Virus record (IMG/VR): IMGVR_UViG_3300030419_004471
Location: 1 to 64,000 of that record
Reading direction: 5' to 3' (one strand)
Length of the DNA stretch: 64,000 bases
In this document: positions 1 to 9,900 of the stretch, piece by piece
Position numbering within the stretch: the stretch's first letter is position 1
Layout of the letters: the number at the start of each line of letters is the position of its first letter
The notes under the pieces: generated by a model
What the model was told of the DNA's origin: nothing
The model's input: only the letters and a program-made list of their open reading frames with translations
Database searches by the model: none
Translations under genes and position numbers: made by a program

Positions 1-140
1 AGAATTTCTTTTGGATATACTCTTTCGTTTTGGTTAGGTGCTCCGGCTCTTTGAAGAATTCCTTTTACAATAGTTCTACCAGATGAATCTTCGTTCACCC
101 TACCTTCGAATAATCTTGTTTCTATTAGTAAATTTTTCAT
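1..140 (-). CDS. Prohead core protease (T4 gp21-like), 5' part only; truncated by window edge
   Basis: Manual translation from ATG at 140: MKNLLIETRLFEGRVNEDSSGRTIVKGILQRAGAPNQNERVYPKEI; the G-I-L-Q-x-A...N-x-N-x-R-V-Y-P pattern is typical of T4-like prohead proteases; lies downstream of portal. Confidence 0.88.
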   Translation of the reverse strand, partial: MKNLLIETRLFEGRVNEDSSGRTIVKGILQRAGAPNQNERVYPKEI

Positions 141-313
141 TATGCTCCCCAACTTTTTCGTTTTTTAAACAGTTCAAAAAATATAGCAGAAACTTCTTGA
201 CGAATAATCTTTCTGATTCTATCTTCATCTGATTCAGAAAGTTCCTCATTAATACCCCATTTAGTATTGATGATTTCTTCTTCTATAATTTGTTTTAACT
301 CTTTTAATTTCAT
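140..313 (-). CDS. Small hypothetical protein (57 aa), putative head-associated
   Basis: Not in ORF track; MKLKELKQIIEEEIINTKWGINEELSESDEDRIRKIIRQEVSAIFFELFKKRKSWGA; TAATG overlap with protease start. Confidence 0.8.
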   Translation of the reverse strand: MKLKELKQIIEEEIINTKWGINEELSESDEDRIRKIIRQEVSAIFFELFKKRKSWGA

Positions 314-319
314 ATCCCA

Positions 320-568
320 TTAAAGTTTTTTAAGTACATCGACATCTGCAGCAACCCAATCCTTACCAGAACCACCCTTCGCATAAAATGCTTTTCTGAT
401 TGCCTCTACCGTGTTCCTAGCTTTTACTCTAACAGGTTTATTATCTAATTCAAGTTTATTAATTCTTTTTCTAGCAAATTTAACTTCCCAAGTTGCAAAT
501 CCTTCACTTAATGTAGTGGGAGTTTCATTTACTGGTTTTAAATCGATAAGTCCACCTAATTTAATCAT
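320..568 (-). CDS. Hypothetical protein (about 82 aa), putative head-internal
   Basis: ORF track 320..637; likely true start is the ATG at 568 (MIKLGGLIDLKPVNE...), overlapping the upstream stop. Confidence 0.7.
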   Translation of the reverse strand: MIKLGGLIDLKPVNETPTTLSEGFATWEVKFARKRINKLELDNKPVRVKARNTVEAIRKAFYAKGGSGKDWVAADVDVLKKL

Positions 569-761
569 CTTTTCTTTTTTCTCCCTTAGCTTTCCAAGCT
601 GCATCGATTTTGTTAAAAAACTTCTTTTTCTCGTCATCAGACATAGATGTAATACTTTTACCAGCTTTTTCTAAAGCTGTTTTGAAGAACTTCTGATATT
701 CAGACTCTTCCATTAATACATCCTTTATTATTTCTTTTAGTCTACTTTTTGTTATTTTCAT
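561..761 (-). CDS. Small hypothetical protein, putative head-internal
   Basis: 66 aa, N-terminal MKITKSRLKEIIKDVLMEE motif; ATGA-coupled to upstream gene. Confidence 0.75.
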   Translation of the reverse strand: MKITKSRLKEIIKDVLMEESEYQKFFKTALEKAGKSITSMSDDEKKKFFNKIDAAWKAKGEKRKDD

Positions 762-1216
762 TGGTCTAACTCCTTTATACTTTGTGCGATGTTAATTAAT
801 CTTTCTTTTACATTATATATATGACGATGGGTTCTTTTCCAATACTTATCTTTTGATAATTCATTCATATTTCTAATCTTATTGTACCATCTAAAAAACA
901 TCTCAACTTCTGCTAATTGATATTTAAGTTCTTTTAAACCAATAGCTAATTTTTGATTTGGTGTTCTAGTCTCATCATTTTTAAGCTCTAACCATCTATT
1001 TACAGGTCTTTTTGGTTTTCTACCTTCACCAACTATCTTCATTCCAAATTGAGTAGCAATTTTTTTCCTCTTTTCTTTGTTTTTTTTCTTACCACCAGTA
1101 AAAGCATGAGGTGTGTCGTAACCATCAATGTTTCCAGTTACGTTTACTTCATCCAATTCTTCTTCAACTTCTTGGACAAGTTTACGAATATATTGTTTAA
1201 GCTTTGTTTCTAACAT
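758..1216 (-). CDS. Hypothetical protein, putative prohead core/internal protein
   Basis: 152 aa, LKQYIRKLVQEVEEELDE N-terminus; located between portal and protease. Confidence 0.75.
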   Translation of the reverse strand: MLETKLKQYIRKLVQEVEEELDEVNVTGNIDGYDTPHAFTGGKKKNKEKRKKIATQFGMKIVGEGRKPKRPVNRWLELKNDETRTPNQKLAIGLKELKYQLAEVEMFFRWYNKIRNMNELSKDKYWKRTHRHIYNVKERLINIAQSIKELDQ

Positions 1217-2072
1217 TTTTTATTTCGTTAATCAATTCGTATGCTATCATCATAGCAGATACTTGATTATCTGAAACCACCCTACCAATCTTTGCGTTTT
1301 TCAATACATTGATAGTTTCTTTTAACTTAATTTTTGTAACCTTGTCTTTAACGACTTTATGTTGACCTACTAAATTGGTAATAACTTCTTTTAATTGTTG
1401 AGTATAGTATTCTTTAAATTTGGAAGTATTACTAACATTATTAATATATTCTCTTAATAATGCTTTCTGAGATTTGTTTAGTGTTTTGTGTTTTTTATTG
1501 AAAGTTTCTAATAAAACTTTTGTAGTTAAGAATCTTTCCTCTTTAGATTGTTGTTTAAATTGCTGAATTGCTTTTTGTTCAACTATTTTATTCTTATTCT
1601 TAACTTCAGTTCCTATCAAACTTTCTACTATTGTGTATTTTGAGTTAAATACATCTTTTATATCATAATTCTTAGCCGATTGAGATTCAAATATCTTATA
1701 AATTGAAGCCATCACCTTATAATTTGATATTGGTGATGATAAAAATTGTTGGATATCGAAAGATTCTTGTATTTTTTTAACTAAATTGTATTTTTCTTTA
1801 ATTAATCTTTTTGAATCTATTCTTTTTCTAGCTTCTAAAATAGTATCGATGAATTTTTCAGCACGATTCTCTGATTTATACTTTTCTTCTGATAATAACT
1901 GGTATAATCTAAGCTCTTTACCGATTTCGGTTTTTTGACTAAAGAATTCCTTTAATATTTTCTGTGCATTTTCTTTCGAATTACCGCTCAGAACCTCTAA
2001 AGTTATTTGTCTAACGAGTAATTCAAACAGAACGCCTGTGTTTTTGAATTTACTGTGTCTTATTTTTTTCAT
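1197..2072 (-). CDS. Hypothetical helical protein downstream of portal (prohead assembly candidate)
   Basis: 291-aa ORF with its own upstream ATATTTATA motif; head-module position. Confidence 0.75.
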   Translation of the reverse strand: MKKIRHSKFKNTGVLFELLVRQITLEVLSGNSKENAQKILKEFFSQKTEIGKELRLYQLLSEEKYKSENRAEKFIDTILEARKRIDSKRLIKEKYNLVKKIQESFDIQQFLSSPISNYKVMASIYKIFESQSAKNYDIKDVFNSKYTIVESLIGTEVKNKNKIVEQKAIQQFKQQSKEERFLTTKVLLETFNKKHKTLNKSQKALLREYINNVSNTSKFKEYYTQQLKEVITNLVGQHKVVKDKVTKIKLKETINVLKNAKIGRVVSDNQVSAMMIAYELINEIKNVRNKA

Positions 2073-2110
2073 TTTTCTCTTCCAATTTTGATAGAATACT
2101 AAATCTCTAA

Positions 2111-2119
2111 TATAAATAT
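2111..2119 (-). promoter_or_regulatory. Putative late promoter motif ATATTTATA
   Basis: Intergenic TATAAATAT on + strand, upstream of the 2072 start; one of 12 copies. Confidence 0.7.
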
Positions 2120-2141
2120 AAAAATATTTATTAAAAGGAAT

Positions 2142-3869
2142 TTAATCGTCTATAATGTTACTTTCATCCAACATATCTGTTTCTTGTAGAAACTTTCTTT
2201 TTGGTGCAACACCATTGACTATATTCTTGATTTTTTCGGCGGAAAACTTATTTTCTTTCTTTACGGCTTTCTTCCTTTCTTCATCTCCGAGAGGGTCTCT
2301 ACCATAAGGATGTTTATCTTTCTTATAAGTATTACCTTCTCTTGGTCTACCACCTTTATCCTTTATCTCTTTTTTTATATTCTCTAAAGATTCTTCAATA
2401 TCTTCTCCTTCGTCCTCCATCGCAGGGTCATTACCCTCATCTTCAATAGAACGATGTCTAAATCTATCTTTTAAATCCTCAATCATTGTTTCTCTTTCTT
2501 TATTGGATTCACCTTTACTTAATTTAAAGATATTATCATAAACCCAATCTTTAGATAACATATTTAATCCTTGAATATCTTGAGCTAATCTAATCTTTTC
2601 ACTCCAAAGATTTACTTTTTCTTGCTCATATATAAACGATGGATTAACTAATGATAATTCAAAATCGGTTAATCTAGCATCAGATATTCCCTGTGAATAT
2701 AAATGAACTATTGCAATCTTACTTAATTCAGATACAACAATTCTTTGTATTCTCTCAATAGTTCTTGCAAATCTAACATCTTCTGCTGCTAATGTTGCTT
2801 TACCATTGATTTGCTCTTCATATCCTAAATATGCCTTTGGAATTTTTAATGCTGCAAATAATTTAGCTTTTAGATAATCAATATCATCTGTATTGTTAAA
2901 TTCTAACCCAGATAAGTTTTCAATATTAGTTCCACTATCACCACCTCTAACAGGAAGATAGAAATCTTCACTAAGGTTCTGCATATTATACTTTAAATTA
3001 TAATCACCTGTATTTTTATCTACAAAAGGTGTTTTTTTCATTTTGTTGATAATCCTTTGCATATAGTTATCAACTTCGTTTGGTGGTATATTACCAATAT
3101 CAATCTTAAAAATTCTTTTTTCAGGAGCTCTCATAATCCTATGAATTAACATAGCATCTTCCATAAGAGATAATTGCTTCCACAATCTTCTACCATTTTC
3201 AATCATAGCTTTACCATATGGTAACCAGTTTGTATCTGCTAATAATCTAAAATGAGCTACCTCATAGTTTTCATAATCCACCTTACCCATATTATCATCT
3301 TCAACGTGGAATTTTACATAATTAGGATTATCTGGTTCTGCTCCTTCTAACCTTTGTGTATTGTAAACTGAAAAAGGACTTACATTTACAATACCTTTAC
3401 CTTCAGCCATTTCTAAACTTAGGAAGAAGTCTCCATACTTACACATATTTCTTACCCAAGGCCAAAGGTTGAATTCGATGTTTAGTACATCATAGAATAA
3501 GTTGTTTAGAATAGCTTGTATCTCTGAATCTTTTGAACGAATTGTTAGTACATCACCATATTCGTTCTTTAATGTAGATTCATCTGCGTATATATCGAGT
3601 GCTGATGCGATAATTGGGTCATTATCCATAGCATCGTAATCTCTGAATATCTCTCTACGAACTTGTTGGTAAGCCATTGATTGTGCTCCCCCAGCTTGTT
3701 CATAGTATGATTTCTGAAGTTTTGTATATCTATCTCTTAGGTGAGATAAATTAGTAATCTGTCTTTCATCGGTATCTGAAACTCTTCTTCTTCCTTTACT
3801 ATCTACTGTTACAATAGCTTGGGCTGAAAAAAGTTTTCTTAATCTACCGAAAAATGAAGTATCTGCCAT
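2142..3869 (-). CDS. Portal protein (T4 gp20-like)
   Basis: Motifs LMEDAMLIHRIMRAPEKRIFKIDIGNIP, EDFYLPVRGG, ALKIPK typical of T4-like portals; adjacent to terminase. Confidence 0.96.
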   Translation of the reverse strand: MADTSFFGRLRKLFSAQAIVTVDSKGRRRVSDTDERQITNLSHLRDRYTKLQKSYYEQAGGAQSMAYQQVRREIFRDYDAMDNDPIIASALDIYADESTLKNEYGDVLTIRSKDSEIQAILNNLFYDVLNIEFNLWPWVRNMCKYGDFFLSLEMAEGKGIVNVSPFSVYNTQRLEGAEPDNPNYVKFHVEDDNMGKVDYENYEVAHFRLLADTNWLPYGKAMIENGRRLWKQLSLMEDAMLIHRIMRAPEKRIFKIDIGNIPPNEVDNYMQRIINKMKKTPFVDKNTGDYNLKYNMQNLSEDFYLPVRGGDSGTNIENLSGLEFNNTDDIDYLKAKLFAALKIPKAYLGYEEQINGKATLAAEDVRFARTIERIQRIVVSELSKIAIVHLYSQGISDARLTDFELSLVNPSFIYEQEKVNLWSEKIRLAQDIQGLNMLSKDWVYDNIFKLSKGESNKERETMIEDLKDRFRHRSIEDEGNDPAMEDEGEDIEESLENIKKEIKDKGGRPREGNTYKKDKHPYGRDPLGDEERKKAVKKENKFSAEKIKNIVNGVAPKRKFLQETDMLDESNIIDD

Positions 3870-3927
3870 TTGTTTTTGTTTTTGTTTTAAATATTTATTA
3901 TCTTTACTAAATAAAACTCCTATATCC

Positions 3928-3936
3928 TATAAATAT
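3928..3936 (-). promoter_or_regulatory. Putative late promoter motif ATATTTATA
   Basis: Intergenic, upstream of portal start. Confidence 0.7.
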
Positions 3937-3950
3937 AATAATTTTATATA

Positions 3951-5531
3951 TTAGTTAATTAACCAAGTTAAATCTTCATCTACATCACCAACTCTTTGTG
4001 TCCAAGGATTATTTTCTAATCCAGATGGAGTTCCTCCATACACTCCACTATGTTGTTGTGATGCTATTCCACCTAACGCTCTTTTGGTTAAATCAATTCC
4101 TTCTTGTCTTAATCTTAAAGCTGTATCTCTAACCCATAATCCGATTGAGAAACTCATAACCAAGTCATCATTATAACTTTTCATTGCTTCTGCTCTATTT
4201 CCCTTCCATATAAATGTAAATAATTCATCTATCAATCTATGAGAACGTACTGTAACTGATTTTTCTCTGAAATAGTCATCTAACTTTGATATTATTAATG
4301 GTCTTGTTTTTTGTGTAGTACTGAATCCAGCAACCATCCCTCTTTCTTCAGCTCTGTATCTGTTAGTCATTTGATGTTCTACATCTACATATTTTAAATC
4401 CTTACTCATATAAAAAAGATTCTTATAAGACCTATCTATTATTTGTTGGATTACCGCCCAACCTATATTTGCGTTCTCCACCACCAATAATGCTTCATTA
4501 TACTCTGTTGCTAATGCAACTAAGAAGTTTCCAAAATCTTTTGTATCTAACTTTCCTTTATATTCTGCAACTTGAGTTGCTTGTTCTATATCTATTACGT
4601 GACAAGCGGAATAATCCGAAGAATCTCCTCGTGCAACGTCAGCCACAACCATATATCCTTTATTATAGTCTGGATATTCCCATTTCCATAAGTTTCCATC
4701 GAATCCTGTCTTTTCTAAAGGGTCTTGACAATATGATTCTTTATAGAATTGTAATAGTTGTGGGTCAATCACTGTATCACCAGAAGAAACGAAATCACAA
4801 TCACATTCTTGAGCTGCTCCTTTTGGTCCTAATAGTTTTTCTTGTTCATCTCTCCAACTTTGGTCTCTTTCAGGATGTACACTCCAATGTAATCTTATAG
4901 TATTAAATGAGTTGTTGTTTTCTTCTGCATCAACCCAAGTCTTATGGAAAAAATTACCAACACCATTTGGAGTCGATAAAATGATTGCATCTCCACCTGT
5001 TGATAGTGTTGATTGTGCTGATACCCATATATCTTCAATGTTATCAATAAATGCTGCCTCATCAAATACCAATAAGGATAGTGCTTCTGAACGTCCTGCA
5101 TCTCCACTGGATGAAGTTGCTTTGATTTGAGACCCATTAGAATATCTTAATGAAAGTTTATTATCTTCTATTGTTGTTTGTTTTAACCAGCTTGGTAAAT
5201 TATCATTCATATACCTAACTTTAGTTACTAAGTTCTTAGCTACCTCTTGTTTGGTTGCAATTACCAATGCATTAAAATCATTATTAAATAACATCTTCCA
5301 TAAAGCATATCCAGCACATAACGTTGATATACCTGTTTGTCTTGATTTAAGAACTATGTTATATCGTTCTTTGTCAAATTCACTAAGTGTTCTTTCTTGG
5401 AATTGATATAAATGAAAAGGTATTCTACCCCGAACAGGGTGTTGTATCATACAATACTTTTTCATAAAATGTATCGGGTCTACCGCACACTTCTGATATT
5501 CTAATTTTATTATATCCTTTAAGGATGCCAT
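3951..5531 (-). CDS. Terminase large subunit (T4 gp17-like)
   Basis: Walker A KSRQTGIST, Walker B LLVFDEAAF, coupling motif STPNG, nuclease motifs ADVARG...D and NDDLVM. Confidence 0.96.
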   Translation of the reverse strand: MASLKDIIKLEYQKCAVDPIHFMKKYCMIQHPVRGRIPFHLYQFQERTLSEFDKERYNIVLKSRQTGISTLCAGYALWKMLFNNDFNALVIATKQEVAKNLVTKVRYMNDNLPSWLKQTTIEDNKLSLRYSNGSQIKATSSSGDAGRSEALSLLVFDEAAFIDNIEDIWVSAQSTLSTGGDAIILSTPNGVGNFFHKTWVDAEENNNSFNTIRLHWSVHPERDQSWRDEQEKLLGPKGAAQECDCDFVSSGDTVIDPQLLQFYKESYCQDPLEKTGFDGNLWKWEYPDYNKGYMVVADVARGDSSDYSACHVIDIEQATQVAEYKGKLDTKDFGNFLVALATEYNEALLVVENANIGWAVIQQIIDRSYKNLFYMSKDLKYVDVEHQMTNRYRAEERGMVAGFSTTQKTRPLIISKLDDYFREKSVTVRSHRLIDELFTFIWKGNRAEAMKSYNDDLVMSFSIGLWVRDTALRLRQEGIDLTKRALGGIASQQHSGVYGGTPSGLENNPWTQRVGDVDEDLTWLIN

Positions 5532-6239
5532 TTATTTTTTCTTCTTAAATGAAAGTTTCCAATACATAGAACCGCCGATATATGGAGTTACATCATTGTT
5601 AGCATTTATTACACCTAAGTCAAGTCCAAATACTTTATCTTTTTTATCTTTGTATAATAAACCAAATTTAGCACTACCAATAAAATCAGTTTTATTGAAA
5701 CCAGCACCTATTCCATAATATAATTGTCTTGTAGGTAATTCTTTAACAATTTTTGTATTGTATATAGTAGGAATCTGAAAGTTCCATTCTATTTTTCTAC
5801 TTATGATTCTATTTTGAGATATCGTATCTGTAAGGAATCCGAATCCAAGAGATGGATTTGGTTTTGTTCCTAATGAATCAATTGTTATTTCAGGACCAAA
5901 ATCATATGTTAGATTTAATGTATCCTTTACTATGTATTTTGCGTAGTAATCTTCAACTACTTTAAGTGAGTCAACATCAGCTGGTACTTCAACTTCAACA
6001 GTCTCTATTTTTGTAATATATTTTGGAACATACTTTGGTACTTCTATTACTTTCTCAACAAAGACTGTATCTATCTTTTGTTCTAATAATTCGTAATCTT
6101 TACCATCTACAGTTACTATATCTTTAGGGTCTGTGGATGAATCTCCACTACAAGCTCTCATCAATAGTATTACAACTATCAATCCTACAATTAGTATCTC
6201 CTTGAAATACTTTCGTAATATACTAAAGAATATGTTCAT
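5532..6239 (-). CDS. Membrane-anchored hypothetical protein with C-terminal amphipathic beta-strands
   Basis: N-terminal hydrophobic helix ILIVGLIVVILLMRAC, V/E/K/P-rich stalk, C-terminal Gly/aromatic strands. Confidence 0.7.
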   Translation of the reverse strand: MNIFFSILRKYFKEILIVGLIVVILLMRACSGDSSTDPKDIVTVDGKDYELLEQKIDTVFVEKVIEVPKYVPKYITKIETVEVEVPADVDSLKVVEDYYAKYIVKDTLNLTYDFGPEITIDSLGTKPNPSLGFGFLTDTISQNRIISRKIEWNFQIPTIYNTKIVKELPTRQLYYGIGAGFNKTDFIGSAKFGLLYKDKKDKVFGLDLGVINANNDVTPYIGGSMYWKLSFKKKK

Positions 6240-6891
6240 AATTTTTTTCTTTTATTCTATCGAAACACTCTTGTCTCATTTCTTTTAATTTTTCTATTTC
6301 TTTCATACTTTTATCTACGAACTCTCTCATCTCTGCTTTCATCTCTTCAACAGGTCTTGGTAATGTGTATGATTCAACTATCTTACCATCTTCACCTATG
6401 TGGTCGTATGTTTGTTTCAAATCACTTATATCTTGCTTAACTGCATCAACTTTTAATAATCCATCCGCAATCATATTACCAAATACTTTATATTTTTCGT
6501 AATCTTCATAAATTCCATTGATTCGAAGTTCTCTTTCCATTTTTTTATTACAATTAATACAAAATCCGGTCTTTCTAATTAATTTTTTATTTGTAGGTCC
6601 GAACTTTCCTACATGGTCACAATCTGGATTCTTACAACGATTTAAATCTTCAAGATACTTTCTTATCTGTTGCATGCTTTCGTGATTCTTACCAGTTTTC
6701 ATAGTATATCCTTCATGCTTTTCGTATCTATTATGCTCATCTTCCCAAACGTCTCCAACCTCTCTCTCTTGCTTTTTGGATTCCCAACCTATTGTTGTAT
6801 TCTTCTCATACTCACCCCCGGTTCTAACCATATCGTGTAGTTTCCTACGGGTGGGATGCATAAATTTTCGTTTGAATTCTTTCTTTGCCAT
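6223..6891 (-). CDS. Hypothetical protein with putative Zn-binding Cys motifs
   Basis: 222 aa; CKNPDC...CINC. Confidence 0.7.
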   Translation of the reverse strand: MAKKEFKRKFMHPTRRKLHDMVRTGGEYEKNTTIGWESKKQEREVGDVWEDEHNRYEKHEGYTMKTGKNHESMQQIRKYLEDLNRCKNPDCDHVGKFGPTNKKLIRKTGFCINCNKKMERELRINGIYEDYEKYKVFGNMIADGLLKVDAVKQDISDLKQTYDHIGEDGKIVESYTLPRPVEEMKAEMREFVDKSMKEIEKLKEMRQECFDRIKEKNYEHIL

Positions 6892-6923
6892 AATAATTAA
6901 TTATTACACATTATATATGTATA

Positions 6924-6932
6924 TATAAATAT
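6924..6932 (-). promoter_or_regulatory. Putative late promoter motif ATATTTATA
   Basis: Intergenic, upstream of the 6891 start. Confidence 0.7.
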
Positions 6933-6959
6933 CACTAAATTGTAAAAACATAATATATT

Positions 6960-9900
6960 TTAAAAGAATATTCCTAATATTTGATTTACAGATGCAAATG
7001 TACCAGTAAGTTTAAAAGTTTTACCTTTATATTGGAATACAATTCCTTCATTTGGTACAATTTTTTTAGCACCTCCGATAGAATTTAATCTCTGAAGTTC
7101 CAGTCTAAGTTTTTCTATCTTTTTAGGGTCACCTGATTTTTTAACATCTTTAGTTGTTTTATCTAATCGCTTCTTTATATCACGAATAGCTTTATCAGGA
7201 TTTACAGTTAGTGCAGATGAAGTAAATTCGAGTACTTCGGCTCCTAATCCTAAGAAAATGTTTTCAAATTTCATTAAGTTATCTTTAGCTATTTTCTTGT
7301 GATTATCTTTTTCATGCTTTTTAGCCCATTCAAGAGTTTTTGCATCTTTAATATTTTTATTATCTAATCTAAACTTCTTATCCATAAATGCCCATCTCTT
7401 AACCAATCCCATTTTGGTTTTATTATCCAATGTAGTTGGAGAATTTTTATCAACCCAATTCTCCCACCAAGATTGATGATATACGGCTACACCATCTGTA
7501 TCTTTTAATTTAAATTCTTTTTGTAGTTTAGAAATTTTAGAATTATACTTTCCTTTTTTAGAAGATAATTTTTGTGATTTAGGTAACTTTACAACTGGTG
7601 GTCCTTGAATTGTATAATTATCTTGAACATCTTTATTCACTTGCTTAATCATACCAGCTAACATTCTAGCTGCTTCTTTATTTTCACCTATTGCATTACC
7701 ATCATCATCATACTCCATAGTTCCGTGGAATATTAATAAAGCTTGTCCATAAGGAATCACATTTACCGAAGTTGGATATATAACTTCAAGGTTCATAAAA
7801 CATGCTCCATCTTTGAACACTTTTTCTCTTTGTTTATCAGTAAGAGATGAGATGGCTTTAGATAAGTCTTTCATTGCGAAGTTATATGCATCACTCAATC
7901 CACCCCTGCCTTGAAACTTATCCGATACTCCCTTTATATCTAAAGCGTTCTCACCTTTGTTTTTAAGGTGTCCCTTATTACGAGCCGCAACCAATCTTCC
8001 ATCCTTCCAACTAATTGCTAATGCTTGCCCGTCTGTTTTTTCTGTTGTTAAATCTAATTCACCATCAAGTGCTCTGTTTACAATATCTTTCAATTGACCG
8101 AAGGTTAAATTTATATCAGTATCAAATGGGTGTGCCATATGTCCATAAGCACCACCTTCGGTAATTATCTCTTCACCCAATCCACTTCTATCGTGTTTAG
8201 AGAATTTACCTAACTTATCAAATGCTCTAAATGCCTTTAACTTCATTACCTTTTGGATTCTCATATTATCTAATTGTTTGAATCTCATATGATTCTTTAC
8301 AATGTAATAAACATTAGCAGTATTACCACCAACTGATTCAATCCAATTTTTATATTTCTTAACTAAATTAGCTGATACCTTTTCGTGTCCAAAGTGTGTG
8401 ATGTGTCCTTTCTTTGGATGGATACCAGCAGTTTCATCTTTTCCAATATCATGCAACATTGCTGCAATTGCAATATCAATATCATCTTCTTTGATTGAAC
8501 GATTTACAACTGTGATTGTGTGTTTAAGTACATTCCCTTCAGGATGTTTATCAACTCTTTGTCCAAAGTTTTTTAAGTTATACACTCTCTTTTGTAAATC
8601 AGAAGGCATTTTCTTAAATAAAGATTTGAAATCTGTGATTCCCATTTCTTTCAATCCTTCTTTTACATATTTATCCTTTTTCAGCATTTTATGTAATTCA
8701 CTACCATCTACTTTACTCCACGATTTATTTGCTCCAAATTGTTTTTTCCAAAGTAATTCAAAAAATGTTTTCTTTTCTTTAGGTGATAATCCTTTTATCT
8801 TTCTATTGATTTCTCCTCTTCGCTTCCAAACATATTTTTTGAAATCCATATAAAAGAATTCATTAACTCTCTCATCTATTTTTTTGTATTGATAATCTTT
8901 ATCTGAATCTGTATTACTTCGTTGGTTATCCACTCTCTTTTTAATTTGAGCCATTTCCTTTTTACCAGGATATCCTAATGATTCTTTACCATCGAACTTA
9001 TCTGCTTCTTTTGCTCTTAATGCTGGTAAGAATCTAAATTTTGCTCTCTTTAAAACTCTTTTCTTTTTTCTTAATACATTTTTATGAACAATCTTTGCTT
9101 GTTGAATCGATAATTCTTTTTTCTTCATACCAGGATATAAGTCTTTCATAAACTCATCATATACTTGTAGGTATGCTTTTTTGTATGCAATCTTTTTAAG
9201 TTTAGCAAGAGGTTTTCTTCTCTTCATCGTTCTTGCTCTTCTTCTTGCTATAGCAGCTCTTTTACCAGCCATCGCTGCTTTCCTTCTAAGTAAATCAGCA
9301 GGTCTTAGTTTACCTTTACTTCTCTCATCTAATTCAACTTCGAATCCTTCTTTCATTAGTCGGAAAGTCACTACCTTCCTTCCATTGATAGTTGGCATTC
9401 CGTGGTCATCTACTCCTATATCTTTAACAACCAATTTCTTATTCTTAAATCTTCCTACCAATATAGTATCACCAATTTCTACTGGTAATGTTATTGCCTC
9501 ATCTAATGATGCTTCAAATTCTTTTTCCAATTCTTTACTATCTTTTGCATCATCACCACTTAATTCTTTTTCTTGTTTTATATCACTCTTATCTACTACT
9601 ACTTCATATCCCACCAATGCAGCTTTACGAGTTACATGCTTATACCAATCTGAATATGCTTGTGATGAATAAATATCTACTTGATTGTTTGGTGTTTTAG
9701 TTCCAATTACACCAGCTGGGAAATATGATACTGAGTTTTGTGGTCCATTAGGATATTCTGGATGTTCGTAATAATCTTCGAACTTTTCATCACCAATCAT
9801 ATTGATAACAGTCCATCCCAATTTTGCTGCTCTCTTCGCAGATACTTTCTTAAATGTTTTATAGTTTGGTATAAAGAAGTTAGGTCCATCATCTACATCT

